64,000 nucleotides of DNA, taken from positions 744,001-808,000 of the forward strand of contig NW_026515635.1 in NCBI RefSeq assembly GCF_000738915.1. The letters run 5' to 3'. The position numbers and the translations under genes were made by a program. Positions 32,455 through 43,252 of this stretch are shown in pieces (position 1 is the first letter of the stretch; the number at the start of each line of letters is the position of its first letter). Source of the DNA: Nematocida ausubeli. Taxonomy: Eukaryota. A model generated the notes under the pieces. It searched no databases. It was not told the origin of the DNA and was given only the letters and a program-made list of their open reading frames with translations.

Positions 32455-33828
32455 ATGGGTGTACACTTTAAGGTGCTTGGTCTTTTCTTTTTTCTTGTTC
32501 CTGCGGGCTCTGTGCTGGCAGGCAAGTGCCGCGTGGATACAGACTGCCAGATTTCCAAAATAACTGGCTCTCACAGTCTTTTCTGTGTGGATGGGCAGTG
32601 TGTCCAGCTGAAGCCCCCTGGCAGTGCGTGCAATGCTGCCAGCGAGTGCGCGTCGTATCCCTTCTTTGGGCCCCTGGCCTGCAGCAGCCAGTGCGACAAA
32701 GGCCTCTGCTGCCAGTTCATTCCCACTGGCTCTGCGTGCAGTGTCAATCGGCCAATTGCCCTGAGCGGGTGCACTTCCGGGTTTACGTGCTCCAACAAGG
32801 AGATAGGCCCTGTGTGCGTACCCACCATCAGCAGACTGTGGGTGTTTGGTCCTGTGCTCTCAATCACTGGAAACCTTTTCATTAATGTTGGTTTGAACCT
32901 TCAGAAGAAGTCGTACACTGTGGAAAGAGAGTCTATTATGGGGCTTTCTGTGAATTTGTTTGGAATGGGGGTCTTCCTCTATGTGGTGGGGAAGATATCT
33001 GGGTTTAGCTCGTACGTTTTTGGAAACCAGTCACTCATGACATCCCTTGGGGCAGTTGGCCTTATTGCAAACAGCATATTTGCCCCGATGATTAACAAAG
33101 AGGTCTTCACGGTATACGACTTTTTGTGCATTGTGTTTGTGCTTATTGGCTCTTCGTTTGTTCTCTCAAACTCTGGCTCTGGGAAGAAGGAGTACAGTCT
33201 GTTTTCCCTTCTGAAGAACTACTTCACTCTCACCACGTTTCTCTGGTTTTCATTCCTAGTGAGCATGATTTCTGCCCTAATTATCTTCTGCATAGTGGTG
33301 GAGGAAAACAGTGACTGGAAGATAGGCACGCACGCCCCCTGGGTGGCTCTTGACCGAAAGATCAGCAAAAACAGCTACCTCCTAAAATACGGCATGCTCT
33401 TTGCATACATTGGTGTGTCTGCCTGCATTGCGTCTTTCACTACGCTCTTTGCCAAGAGCTTTGGTGTTCTGATCAGCATAACCATGGGCGGGAACAACCA
33501 GTTCTTTGGGCCTGGGCCGTATCTTTTTGGGTCTTTGGTGTTTCTGTGCACGGTTGGGCAGATATACTGGCTAAACAGAGCCCTCAAGCGGTATGATGCG
33601 CTGCTTGTCATTCCGGTGTTCCACATTATGTGGACTCTTTTAAGCGTTACAACTGCAGGGATTTATTTCAAAGACTTCTCTATGTTTACTTCTTCACAGT
33701 TTAAAAACTTCCTTGCAGGCCTTGTGACCATATTTATAGGGTCTGGGTTCCTGACCTTCCGAATGATCGGCAAAGACGCTCCATCTACTGAGAGCGAAAG
33801 CCTAAACGTGGAGACAAAGCAGAAATAG
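32455..33828 (+). CDS. NIPA-family (DMT) Mg2+ transporter with signal peptide and N-terminal Cys-rich domain
   Basis: GNLFINVGLNLQKK, SYVFGNQSLMTSLGAVGLIAN, QIYWLNRALKRYDALLVIPVF and GIYFKDF are NIPA hallmarks; first ATG at 32455. Confidence 0.88.
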   Translation: MGVHFKVLGLFFFLVPAGSVLAGKCRVDTDCQISKITGSHSLFCVDGQCVQLKPPGSACNAASECASYPFFGPLACSSQCDKGLCCQFIPTGSACSVNRPIALSGCTSGFTCSNKEIGPVCVPTISRLWVFGPVLSITGNLFINVGLNLQKKSYTVERESIMGLSVNLFGMGVFLYVVGKISGFSSYVFGNQSLMTSLGAVGLIANSIFAPMINKEVFTVYDFLCIVFVLIGSSFVLSNSGSGKKEYSLFSLLKNYFTLTTFLWFSFLVSMISALIIFCIVVEENSDWKIGTHAPWVALDRKISKNSYLLKYGMLFAYIGVSACIASFTTLFAKSFGVLISITMGGNNQFFGPGPYLFGSLVFLCTVGQIYWLNRALKRYDALLVIPVFHIMWTLLSVTTAGIYFKDFSMFTSSQFKNFLAGLVTIFIGSGFLTFRMIGKDAPSTESESLNVETKQK

Positions 33829-34298
33829 CGCATTGCAATGAATTTAATAATAAATCACACAGCATATCTATATCTATCTTTCTATTATATACGCATTCCA
33901 GGCCTGTCCGATTTTCTGTTTACATTAAAGCACAGAGTCAGATGAATAACCAGAATTACCAGTATCACTGTATATTGTGCGTATGTGCAAGGGAAAAAAT
34001 AACTACATTCACTTCATTATATGCTGAGAAATTAGAATGTCCTAAATAGATAGTCTTTATCTATTTTTGATGATCTGGCCAAAATACTTTATCTTTCTGC
34101 TACTTCTACTCTAATAGTTCTATTTGTTTATGAGCACATACATTTTTATGCTCTCAAGAGATTTTAAAAATAAAAGTATTCCAAATAATTTTATTTATAG
34201 CGTATATGGACACTTTATTTTCCTGCAAATTCAGAGAAAAATAAACTGAAGGTGTCTACGCTGCACTTCAAACAAAATATCTGGCACATACGCAGAAC

Positions 34299-35795
34299 TT
34301 ATCTAAACGTATCAATCTTGCTCTTTTCGAATATTCGAACAAGCTCGTTGTACTTAGAGACTCTTTCAGACCTGCAAAGAGAGCCTGCTTTGAGATAGTC
34401 TGCAGAGAGTCCAACAGAAAGATGTGACAGGAAGATATCTTCTGTCTCCCCGCTTCTGTGGCTGGCCATGATCTTCATGCCCTGGTGCCTTGCCTCCTTG
34501 ACAGCCTGTATGGTCTCTGTAATTGTTCCTATCTGGTTCATCTTTATAAGGGCAACATTGCACAGCTTCTTCTCACCTGCCTTCTTTATAAGCTCTGGGT
34601 TTGTCACAATGAGGTCATCACCGACTATTTGCACATTCAGCTTGGCAGCTTCTTCCATAAACTTGGCCCAGCCTTCATAGTCTTTTTCATCAAATGGGTC
34701 CTCAATCATCACAACCTTGTACTTCTTGATTATTTTGATATAGTACTCAATCATTTCAGCCTGAGTCAGAAACTTGTCTTTTGTTTTCCATCCTATGTTG
34801 TACTTTCCGTTCTGGTAGAACTCTGAGGCAGCAACATCCAAAGCAATCACAGGCTTTATTCCAGAGGCAGCAGACGCCTCTTGGATCAGATCAAGACCCT
34901 CCTCAAGAGAGTTTATGGGGGGAGCAAATCCTCCTTCATCCCCAACACCTGTCAGCTTATACCTCTTCTTCACAATGGCCTTTAGTGCCCAGATGAACTC
35001 AGAGGCACAGGACAGCACGGTGTATGGGGCATTTCCCTCAAAAGAAACCATGATTTCCTGTACAAAGAGTCCGTTGTCTGAGTGTCTTCCTCCATTGATT
35101 ATGTTGAAAAATATCTTTGGAATTGTCAGGCCTGCATTCTTCTTTTGCACGCTATTCCTGCACCCCTCCGGTGACTTTACATTTTTGCAAGGCAGTGACT
35201 CATTTGCAGCCGGCTGCTCCACTTCTTTTTCTGCAGATTTCTCTACAGATTTTTCTGCGTTCGAGTTTTCCACAACGACACTTCCATCTGGAAGGTTCTG
35301 GCTTTTATCAGAGGGTGGTGCAGGTGCAGAAGCAGAAGAGCACATACCGCAAGGGTACATTTTGTCATTGTTGACAAGCATTTGGATATATTCCCAGTCC
35401 TGGACTTTCATGCACCTGGCACCCAGTCTTGAAAAGCAAATGGATATGGGGAGTATTGAGTTGGCGCCCACTCTGCTTTTGTTTTTTGTTCCATCCAGGG
35501 ACACCATGTGCTTGTCAATTGCAGCCTGGTCGGTTATCTCAAGGGGTGTAGATATAAGAGAAGTTGCAAGTTCTTCAACCCCAATTAGGGCCTTTTGAAC
35601 ACTTTTCCCCATGCACTTTGAGTTATTTCCATCTCTAAGCTCAAGAGCCTCCTGTGAGCCAGTGGATGCCCCTGATGGGCAGCTGGCCCGTGCAGTTGCA
35701 AAAGATGCTTCAATGTCCACCTCCACAGTAGGAATTCCCCGGCTGTCGAAAATGCTTCGTCCAATTACCTTTCTGACATGTTCTTTAATCTTCAT
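34299..35795 (-). CDS. ENO1: enolase with a long low-complexity insertion
   Basis: DSRGIPTVEV, PSGASTG..EALELRDG, NIINGGRH, GDEGGFAP, DVAASEF, IEDPF, VGDDL, SHRSGETED, RSERVSKYN; start at 35795. Confidence 0.96.
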   Translation of the reverse strand: MKIKEHVRKVIGRSIFDSRGIPTVEVDIEASFATARASCPSGASTGSQEALELRDGNNSKCMGKSVQKALIGVEELATSLISTPLEITDQAAIDKHMVSLDGTKNKSRVGANSILPISICFSRLGARCMKVQDWEYIQMLVNNDKMYPCGMCSSASAPAPPSDKSQNLPDGSVVVENSNAEKSVEKSAEKEVEQPAANESLPCKNVKSPEGCRNSVQKKNAGLTIPKIFFNIINGGRHSDNGLFVQEIMVSFEGNAPYTVLSCASEFIWALKAIVKKRYKLTGVGDEGGFAPPINSLEEGLDLIQEASAASGIKPVIALDVAASEFYQNGKYNIGWKTKDKFLTQAEMIEYYIKIIKKYKVVMIEDPFDEKDYEGWAKFMEEAAKLNVQIVGDDLIVTNPELIKKAGEKKLCNVALIKMNQIGTITETIQAVKEARHQGMKIMASHRSGETEDIFLSHLSVGLSADYLKAGSLCRSERVSKYNELVRIFEKSKIDTFR

Positions 35796-36020
35796 ATAAG
35801 ACAAATAGAAGTGAAATATATAGGATAAATAAATCACTTTAGTGCGTGCATGGTTACAGAAAATAAAGAGAAAACAAACAAGCTCTTGTAAACTTTATAA
35901 AACGTCAAAAGCACAATCTATTCTTGCAGTTTCATATATGTGCATTAGAACAGTAAATACTTCAGTTTAGACCATAATATGCGCATGTGCAATTTCGCAT
36001 TTCCTGGAGACAGAAGGAAA

Positions 36021-36337
36021 GTGACGTGCCCAAATAGAGGTAATATTTCAGCCAAGAGATAGTAATATAAGATAGATAGTGTAGTTGTCAAGGGAACTTT
36101 ATTTTTATCACTTAGTTGAATATCTTTAATGACTAGAATATTTCGTATTTTTGTTGGATATATTTCTTGTTTTCACTGTCTCTCTACTACTAGTAATTCT
36201 ACTACTACTAGTAATTTTAAATAAATTTCTATCTTTAGTTTTCTAGTAGACAACATTTCTTACTGTTGAAATTCTCGCTTGTTTTGCTAATTTCACACAA
36301 TTCTAGCAGTAGAATAGTAATGAGAGTTTTTACCACA
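36021..36337 (-). repeat. dispersed repeat family A, copy 2 (more diverged)
   Basis: Collinear blocks gac.tgcccaaa, atttcag, gttgtcaag, atttcttactgttga, gcttgtttt and tttttaccaca shared with 42961-43252. Confidence 0.75.
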
Positions 36338-36688
36338 GTAAGAGTAATATTCATGAGAAGAGTGCAAAGAAGTCTTGCACACCAAAATTCGGGTTATTAA
36401 TAAATACCAAGTGAAATGGAAATTATTCAGTGTTTTTGCAGTAAGATATCTATATCTATATAGAATAAAGAAGATTTTTGCAATTTAATTTAGGATTATT
36501 TGGATATTTTATGATATAACCCGAAATAAACCCGAATACATTTTATCTGTGCTCTCTCAGGAATATTCTTATTTTTTGTTAGATTCAGAGCACTCTAGTT
36601 TAAATTAGCCTGCACTCTCAAGGTATACTTGACTTTGTATTATTTCTATTCGGGTTATATGCATATCCTAATAGTGCACACATGAACT

Positions 36689-37267
36689 TTACATCTCGGT
36701 GTTCGAGTGTGCCTTTAGAATATGCCGAGTAAGAGATCCATTGTAACGGTATGTTCTGTCACATTTTGGGCACTTATATTTCGCATCACTGTGAGCACAT
36801 AGTTCGTGTGTTTTACAGTTTTTCTCCAACTTGAATCCCTTATTACACACAGTGCACCTAAAAAGATCTTTAATTTCTTTCCTATTTTCTTTAGTATTCC
36901 TTAGGGACTTTCTCACGGGTTCATGGACAGCCGTGCACGTCCTTGCATGAGTAAGAAACCACTTAGCCCGGGAGAACTCTGTATTGCATATCTCGCAGAC
37001 AAATACCTGGCCACATACGTCCATGTGCCGCCTAAGACCCTCCTCTGAGGCAAGTGTCTTTTTGCACTGATCGCACGTTCTCTTCTCTGAACTTCCGTGT
37101 GCCCGTAGAGTGTGCACTTTCAAGTGGCTGTTCTTAAAGTACTTGAGATCACAGAGGCTGCATGCAAAGGGCCGTGTGTTTGTGTGGGTGTTCTCATGCA
37201 GCTCCAGAAGAGATGGCTTTTTGAACTTCTTAGTGCAGTCAGTGAAGCTGCATGAATAGAAGACCAT
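36689..37267 (-). CDS. C2H2 zinc-finger protein, TFIIIA (Pzf1)-like
   Basis: Six fingers (four C2H2, two ending in C); first two fingers YSCSFTDCTKKFKKPSLLELH...RPFAC...KNSHLKVH resemble fungal TFIIIA. Confidence 0.7.
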   Translation of the reverse strand: MVFYSCSFTDCTKKFKKPSLLELHENTHTNTRPFACSLCDLKYFKNSHLKVHTLRAHGSSEKRTCDQCKKTLASEEGLRRHMDVCGQVFVCEICNTEFSRAKWFLTHARTCTAVHEPVRKSLRNTKENRKEIKDLFRCTVCNKGFKLEKNCKTHELCAHSDAKYKCPKCDRTYRYNGSLTRHILKAHSNTEM

Positions 37268-37287
37268 CTTTTTTTATTTTCATTTTC

Positions 37288-39348
37288 ATGGATCCAACTA
37301 TTTGCCAGACGGCAGCTAGAATACTTCCACTTGGTGCAGGCAGCGAAGTGGGGCGGTCGTGCGTGGTGACTAAGTTCCAAGGGGTGACTGTTATGTTTGA
37401 CTGCGGGGTGCATCCTGCGTATACGGGAATATCCTCTCTTCCATTCTTTGACCTCATAGACCCAACGGAGGTAGATGTAATTCTTGTAACCCACTTCCAT
37501 CTGGACCATGCTGGGGCCTTGCCGTACTTCACAGAGAGAAGTGGATTTAAGGGAAAAGTGTACATGACCCATCCAACACGTGCGATATTTCGGTGGCTTC
37601 TGAATGACTATGTCCGTGTCTCAAATGTTTCATCTGAGAATGACCTGTTCACAGAGAAGGAGCTTTCCCAGTGCTACGACAGAATTATCCCGATAGACTA
37701 CGGGCAGGAAATAACCCTGAAAAATATCACAATAATAGCGTACAACGCAGGGCACGTACTGGGGGCAGCAATGTTTTTGGTTAAAAACGAGAATATTTCT
37801 CTGCTGTACACAGGAGACTACTCCAGAGAGGAGGACAGACACTTGAAGGCTGCTGTAATTCCGCCAATGCCCATAGATATTCTTATATCTGAGTCAACGT
37901 ACGGAGTGCAGTGCCACCAGAGCAAAGAAGAGAGAGAGCACAGGTTCATAACGAGCGTGTCTGATGTGGTGAAGCGGGGAGGAAAGTGCTTGCTGCCGGT
38001 GTTTGCCCTGGGGCGGGCGCAGGAGCTGCTTCTGATACTGGACGAGTTCTGGGAGGCTCGGAAGGACCTGCAGGGAATTCCCATTCTCTATGCGTCTGCA
38101 CTGGCAAAACGGTTTATGGCTGTGTACCAGACATATTTGAACATGATGAACGACAGAATACAGGGCATGGCAGAGATCAGCAATCCGTTCCACTTCAAGC
38201 ACGTGCAGAACATTAAAAACATTGAGGCATACGAGGACCGAGGGCCTTGCGTAATGATGGCATCCCCGGGTATGCTGCAGAACGGCCTCTCTCGAGATCT
38301 TTTTGAGATGTGGTGCGGAGATAAAAGAAATGGCTGCATTATACCGGGATACTGTGTAGAAGGAACCCTGGCTAAGGACCTTCTTTGCGAGCCAGATGAG
38401 ATAACCTCGCTGAAGGGGAACAAGCTGGTTGTGCGGTCGTCGATTGACTACATTTCATTCAGTGCACACGTGGACTTTTTGCAAAACGCAGAGTTCATTG
38501 AAGGGTGCAAAGTATCTGAGGTGGTGCTTGTGCACGGAGAGTCATCAGAGATGAATAGACTGAAGAGTGCACTAGTGCACAGAAGTGAGGCAAAGAGCGA
38601 GAACATCACAATACACACGCCAAGAAATGGGGAGTGGGTGCATATTAAAGGCACAGGAGAGCTCAACGTAAAGTACTTGGGGACAGAGATGCCAGACGAG
38701 TTCTCTGGGTTCATGCACATAGCAGAGGACGGAAAGGTTTCTGTTGTGGAGAGGGAAAGCATCTCCAAGCTTGACATCTCAGAGATAAAAATAGTCGAGA
38801 AGGCAAAGATGCAGGGCGTATCTTTCCAGCTGCTGATCAGCCAGATTGACCGGATCTTTGATGAGCACCCGGAGATAAAGGAGTGGGAGAATAAGAGGTG
38901 CATGGAAGTGGATGGTGTGCTAATATACGAGGACGCAGAGGGATCAATAACCATCCAGTGGAAGAGTGCATTTAGGACTGACGTATTGGCAAACTGCATA
39001 ATCAAGGCAATTAATGACACTGTCCTGGGAAAAAACTCAGTGCAGATTCCACTGAATAAGAAGAAAAAGGAAGAAGACAGTGACCAAAAAGAGTGCACTG
39101 AGGAGCCAGCTAAGCCTGTTCCCTTTCCAAAGCACTGCCTGTCCACGGTAGCCCAGATTCTTTCGAACTACTTTACGCTGTCAAGAGAAAAGGACACTCT
39201 GGAAATTAGAGACAAAGAAAAGTCAGTTGTTCTTTCAAAAGACGGCCTGACAGGAGATGAGTCCCTTGCAAAAATAGTCCAGGATGTATTCGATAATATC
39301 TCATGGGCTGTCAAAGACGAAGAGATCTCAGATACTGAGGACAAATAA
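37288..39348 (+). CDS. YSH1: CPSF73/Ysh1 pre-mRNA 3'-end endonuclease
   Basis: PLGAGSEVGRSC, THFHLDH, AGHVLGAAM, TGDYSREEDRH, PVFALGRAQEL, FSAHVD, LVHGE; start reassigned to ATG at 37288. Confidence 0.96.
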   Translation: MDPTICQTAARILPLGAGSEVGRSCVVTKFQGVTVMFDCGVHPAYTGISSLPFFDLIDPTEVDVILVTHFHLDHAGALPYFTERSGFKGKVYMTHPTRAIFRWLLNDYVRVSNVSSENDLFTEKELSQCYDRIIPIDYGQEITLKNITIIAYNAGHVLGAAMFLVKNENISLLYTGDYSREEDRHLKAAVIPPMPIDILISESTYGVQCHQSKEEREHRFITSVSDVVKRGGKCLLPVFALGRAQELLLILDEFWEARKDLQGIPILYASALAKRFMAVYQTYLNMMNDRIQGMAEISNPFHFKHVQNIKNIEAYEDRGPCVMMASPGMLQNGLSRDLFEMWCGDKRNGCIIPGYCVEGTLAKDLLCEPDEITSLKGNKLVVRSSIDYISFSAHVDFLQNAEFIEGCKVSEVVLVHGESSEMNRLKSALVHRSEAKSENITIHTPRNGEWVHIKGTGELNVKYLGTEMPDEFSGFMHIAEDGKVSVVERESISKLDISEIKIVEKAKMQGVSFQLLISQIDRIFDEHPEIKEWENKRCMEVDGVLIYEDAEGSITIQWKSAFRTDVLANCIIKAINDTVLGKNSVQIPLNKKKKEEDSDQKECTEEPAKPVPFPKHCLSTVAQILSNYFTLSREKDTLEIRDKEKSVVLSKDGLTGDESLAKIVQDVFDNISWAVKDEEISDTEDK

Positions 39349-39963
39349 GGCAGTGCTGCAGAGTGCATTTTGGGTTCAAGTATTCAAATTATCATTGGCA
39401 AAGACCAAGCACAGACAAAGATGATTTATCCACACAAACTATACAGTCACTGTGTCCAGGCCAAGTGAAATATGAACCAAGAAATAACAGTGCATCTACA
39501 AATCATTGTGTAATTTATATGCTCTTAATCACCTTACAGTAGATTAGTACAGATTTAAAGTAGACTGCTGCAGGTAGAAAGCAGCTTAAATTCGGGTTAT
39601 ATTCAGAGAATACGAATATACTCTGAGCATGAGTTGTTCTGCATGAATAAATAAAGTTTCGTAATATTATCTTCTATGAAGGAAGTTGCAGCCAGATGAT
39701 GTGAAAGCACTGTATGACTGTTATTATTTATATACATAAATATACGTATATTCTGCTATTTAGGGTATATTTAGTCTATTTTAAATTGTAAGAGTGTAAA
39801 TGTCTGGTGTATTCTGCATCTTATATCGTTTAGTTATTCTAGTTAAAAATTCAATTACTGCGAAAATCAATAATTCAATTAAATGTAAAATCCTTTTATT
39901 AACTGGTTTATTAAAATAATTAAAATCTGTACCTTAACAAATCCGAAATCCTACTGAAAATAA

Positions 39964-39993
39964 TTCAGGTTATATCAGGTTATATTGGGTTTA
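39964..39993. repeat. three degenerate 10-bp units of the TTCGGGTTATA motif
   Basis: ttcaggttata tcaggttata ttgggttta. Confidence 0.75.
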
Positions 39994-40444
39994 CATTCTA
40001 TTTGCTCTTGAATTTTCACTATTTCTCATTCCTTTCATACTATAGTGTCTCCTCTTTATTATTCCACTATCTTCTTCTCTAACTAAATATGTGTCATATA
40101 CGCATCTGTCTACTATTGTATCTCGTTCCATGAATCTTCCCTTATAGACCTTCCCTGGCTTCTATAAATTCTTGCTTTTTCTTCTCTTAAATTCTTCCCT
40201 CTTGTCTTTTTAGACAAGTGCTATACTGTTCATTAAAAGATAAAGGGCTTATACTTCGGTCTTCGTTGCAGATATGCACATTCGTGCAGGTATAAGGCCA
40301 GATACTAAGCACTCTACTGACCACAACAAGCAAGAACCTTCATGGTCTCTCTTAAAAAGTCAATAAACTTCGTCTCTTCAACTGCTGGCATACACTGAAA
40401 ATTAACATAAAGAACTACTCTTGCAACCTTGCAACTTTCTGCCA

Positions 40445-40478
40445 TTCGGGTTATATCGGTTTATATTCTGGTTATATT
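40445..40478. repeat. three 10-11 bp units of the TTCGGGTTATA motif
   Basis: ttcgggttata tcggtttata ttctggttata. Confidence 0.8.
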
Positions 40479-41077
40479 TGCAATTTAAATAAACAGTGCA
40501 TATTCCCATGCTTTTTATTATTACAGCTGTCATTTTCGGTTTATGAAAAATTCACATGAAAACACCCAGATATTCCTGCATGACTGCCAGGAGTCTGCTG
40601 GAGTGCAGTCTAAAGGGGTATGTATCAGCAGGTTCTGTCAATTCCAGGGGCCCCTAGTAGAATTGCCTCTTTGCAATAATTATGCAGTTTATGGAGGTTA
40701 TTGTATTCCTTAATTGTGCTTCTAAATTAAAGAATTAAAGTGAAAATACAGTACTCTAGCAGTGTCAAAAAGCACTTTCTTTTATAATATCTTTGTGGTC
40801 TAATAATTCATCGTATTTGAACCTTCTATTAATATGTGTAAGCCGGTCTAAGTTAATTTTCGGCTGCTATTGGTGAGTAAATTTGAAAACTCATTGGCAG
40901 TGCACTGAGAGGTTCCAAGAGTGAATTTGGAAAGGGGGAAATATCAGTGTTGAGGGCTATTTTCGTTCTGCCTATTAGAGAAAAATGCAAGCCAGTTATT
41001 TAAGATCATTTAATGGGCCACTTAACTGTATCATAACTATATTTCTAGCTTTTTTTATTTGTTGATAACCCGTTCAT

Positions 41078-41830
41078 ATGGATGAACATAGCAACAGCCA
41101 TGAAGAAAAGGAGATAAACAACTGCGCGCCTGAAGAAAAAGAAGAACTGCAGGTGAAGGGCCCGTGGACACGTGACGAGGACGACAGGCTTCGGATGCTG
41201 GTCAAGGCATTTGGGCCCAAACGGTGGACCTACATTGCAAAAAAATTAGGAGGAAGAGTAGGCAAGCAGTGCCGTGAGAGATGGCACAACCATCTTGACC
41301 CAAACATAATTAAGACGCCATTTACTGCAGAGGAGGACAGTATAATACTGGCCCTGCACACGAAATATGGGAACAAGTGGTCAGACATTGCTAAGCACTT
41401 GCCAGGACGAACAGACAACGCAATTAAAAACCACTGGAATAGCAGTATGCAAAAGAAAGCACTGAGGGCAAAGAGAGCCAATAGTATATCTGGCGACTTC
41501 ATAGCGGCCCATGCAGAGTTTAAAGAGGAGGAAGGGTACGCCAGCCACGGGGTATCACCAAAAAAAGGATGGGTGCGCAGAAGGACAACCTCAATGTTTA
41601 TTCCGCAGCCTGACAGCGGGAATCTTCTTAATGCGCTAGCGCAGTCTGCGTACAATGAGCTGCTGAAAACAAAACAGATGTATTATAGCAAAGGAGCTCC
41701 TTCTTTGCAAAATTGGAATATTCCGCTGCAGGATATACAAAATGCAAGCACTGACCGAAACAAAAAGAATTCTTCGGACGAGGAGGAGGTTATGGAAGGA
41801 CTGGTTTTACTGGCAAGTGGTGAAAAATAA
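41078..41830 (+). CDS. Myb transcription factor (two c-Myb-like repeats)
   Basis: KGPWTRDED...[17 protein letters not shown] and FTAEED...[25 protein letters not shown]. Confidence 0.95.
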   Translation: MDEHSNSHEEKEINNCAPEEKEELQVKGPWTRDEDDRLRMLVKAFGPKRWTYIAKKLGGRVGKQCRERWHNHLDPNIIKTPFTAEEDSIILALHTKYGNKWSDIAKHLPGRTDNAIKNHWNSSMQKKALRAKRANSISGDFIAAHAEFKEEEGYASHGVSPKKGWVRRRTTSMFIPQPDSGNLLNALAQSAYNELLKTKQMYYSKGAPSLQNWNIPLQDIQNASTDRNKKNSSDEEEVMEGLVLLASGEK

Positions 41831-41863
41831 TTGAATAAAGCATTTTTCGATTTGTTTTTTTGC

Positions 41864-42355
41864 ATGAATATTAGAAAACTATTCGATGAGATTCGAAGTG
41901 CTGATCTGTTCAATGCCTTTTGGGAGTACCCAGAGGAAAAGAATCTTTCAGTTCTGGCAAGCAGGCTGCCCCACATAAAGTCACCCAAGGAGCTCCGCTG
42001 TGCAATTGCGCAGATATGCAACTATGTGTTTGAGGAGAACGAGGAGGGCTCTTTTCTGTACACAGAGGCGCAGAATCTGCTGAAGCATGCGGAGGTAAGT
42101 GTGGAGAGAGCTGCTGCAATGGCCAATGTGACTAGTGCGTATGCTGATATAATATCAATAAAGGAGGAAAAGGATAAGAATAAATTTGTTATGTGGGAGA
42201 ACGCAGTGATTAACAAACTGTGCCAGCTATATAAGGAGTCGCTTATTTCCTTCTGCAAAGACCTTTCTGTATATGAGATAGAAGAGCACATAAAAATAGT
42301 CCTCTTTGGAGAGAGCCAAAGTGTTATATCATCACCCGAGCAGAATGCAAATTAG
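41864..42355 (+). CDS. hypothetical helical protein
   Basis: 163-codon ORF from the first ATG after a T-rich tract, coding-like composition; no family recognised. Confidence 0.7.
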   Translation: MNIRKLFDEIRSADLFNAFWEYPEEKNLSVLASRLPHIKSPKELRCAIAQICNYVFEENEEGSFLYTEAQNLLKHAEVSVERAAAMANVTSAYADIISIKEEKDKNKFVMWENAVINKLCQLYKESLISFCKDLSVYEIEEHIKIVLFGESQSVISSPEQNAN

Positions 42356-42960
42356 AAAGTTGCATGCACTCAGGGTAAACCAGCAGGCGCAGCTGGCAGG
42401 CACTAATAAAGATCTAACAAATAGAACAGAAGGTTGAATTTGGGGTATTTTATGCAGCTGCAGAGAATTGGTAGCCATGTAAATCTACTGGGTTTACTGT
42501 GAATGCAGTCACTTGCAGATACAAAGTGGGCACAGCCCGAGTGGAAGTAAGATTGTGCAGGTGTTCATTTGAAAAGGTCAAAGAGAAGACGTGTATGCAT
42601 GATATGTAAAGAATTGGAAGTCTGCTAGGCAGCTGGCTTTTAATCAGCAGGTGACTGCTCAAGTAGAATGAAATAGCGCACTCAAAACCTTTCGCTTTCA
42701 TACAGCAGAATATAGTATTACTGTAGTGCACAGTGCATTTAAGGTAATTAAGAAGAGACTTAAGAATAATAGAATAGATAAATCATATAAATCGTATAAA
42801 TATATTATTTTTGCACAAAACTCAACAGCAGCACTTTAGTCTTCTGCACTTTAATCTTCTGCTAAATAACTGATTTTCAGAATACGTGTATTTTTGATAG
42901 AAGCAATTAGCATTCTACTGTGCACTGGAATGGGTTTATTTACAGCCAGATGGCATTAAT

Positions 42961-43252
42961 ATTGACATGCCCAAAAGAATTAACATTTCAGTCAGAAGAC
43001 ACTAGTATTTTAGACTCTAATAGGGGTGGTTGTCAAGTGAGTTTTATTATCATATTTTTTCGGTTGGTGACTGTGACCTTTTGTATTTTTATTGAATGTA
43101 TTTCTTACTGTTGACATATTCTGCTTGTTTTAATATTTTCTCACAATTAGTAGGGCAGGGTTCTGATATATGGAAAATCTTTTGGAAAGTGAAATTATCA
43201 TTGGTGGACTCTTGTGGCCTCAGGGTAATGATATGAGATTTTTACCACAAAT
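42961..43252 (-). repeat. dispersed repeat family A, copy 3
   Basis: Reverse complement aligns with 7925-8215 over its full length. Confidence 0.9.

Noticed and set aside
42450..43114. Short ORFs 42450-42731 (-) and 42920-43114 (+)
   Set aside because: GTG starts and no recognisable motifs; the second overlaps non-coding repeat A
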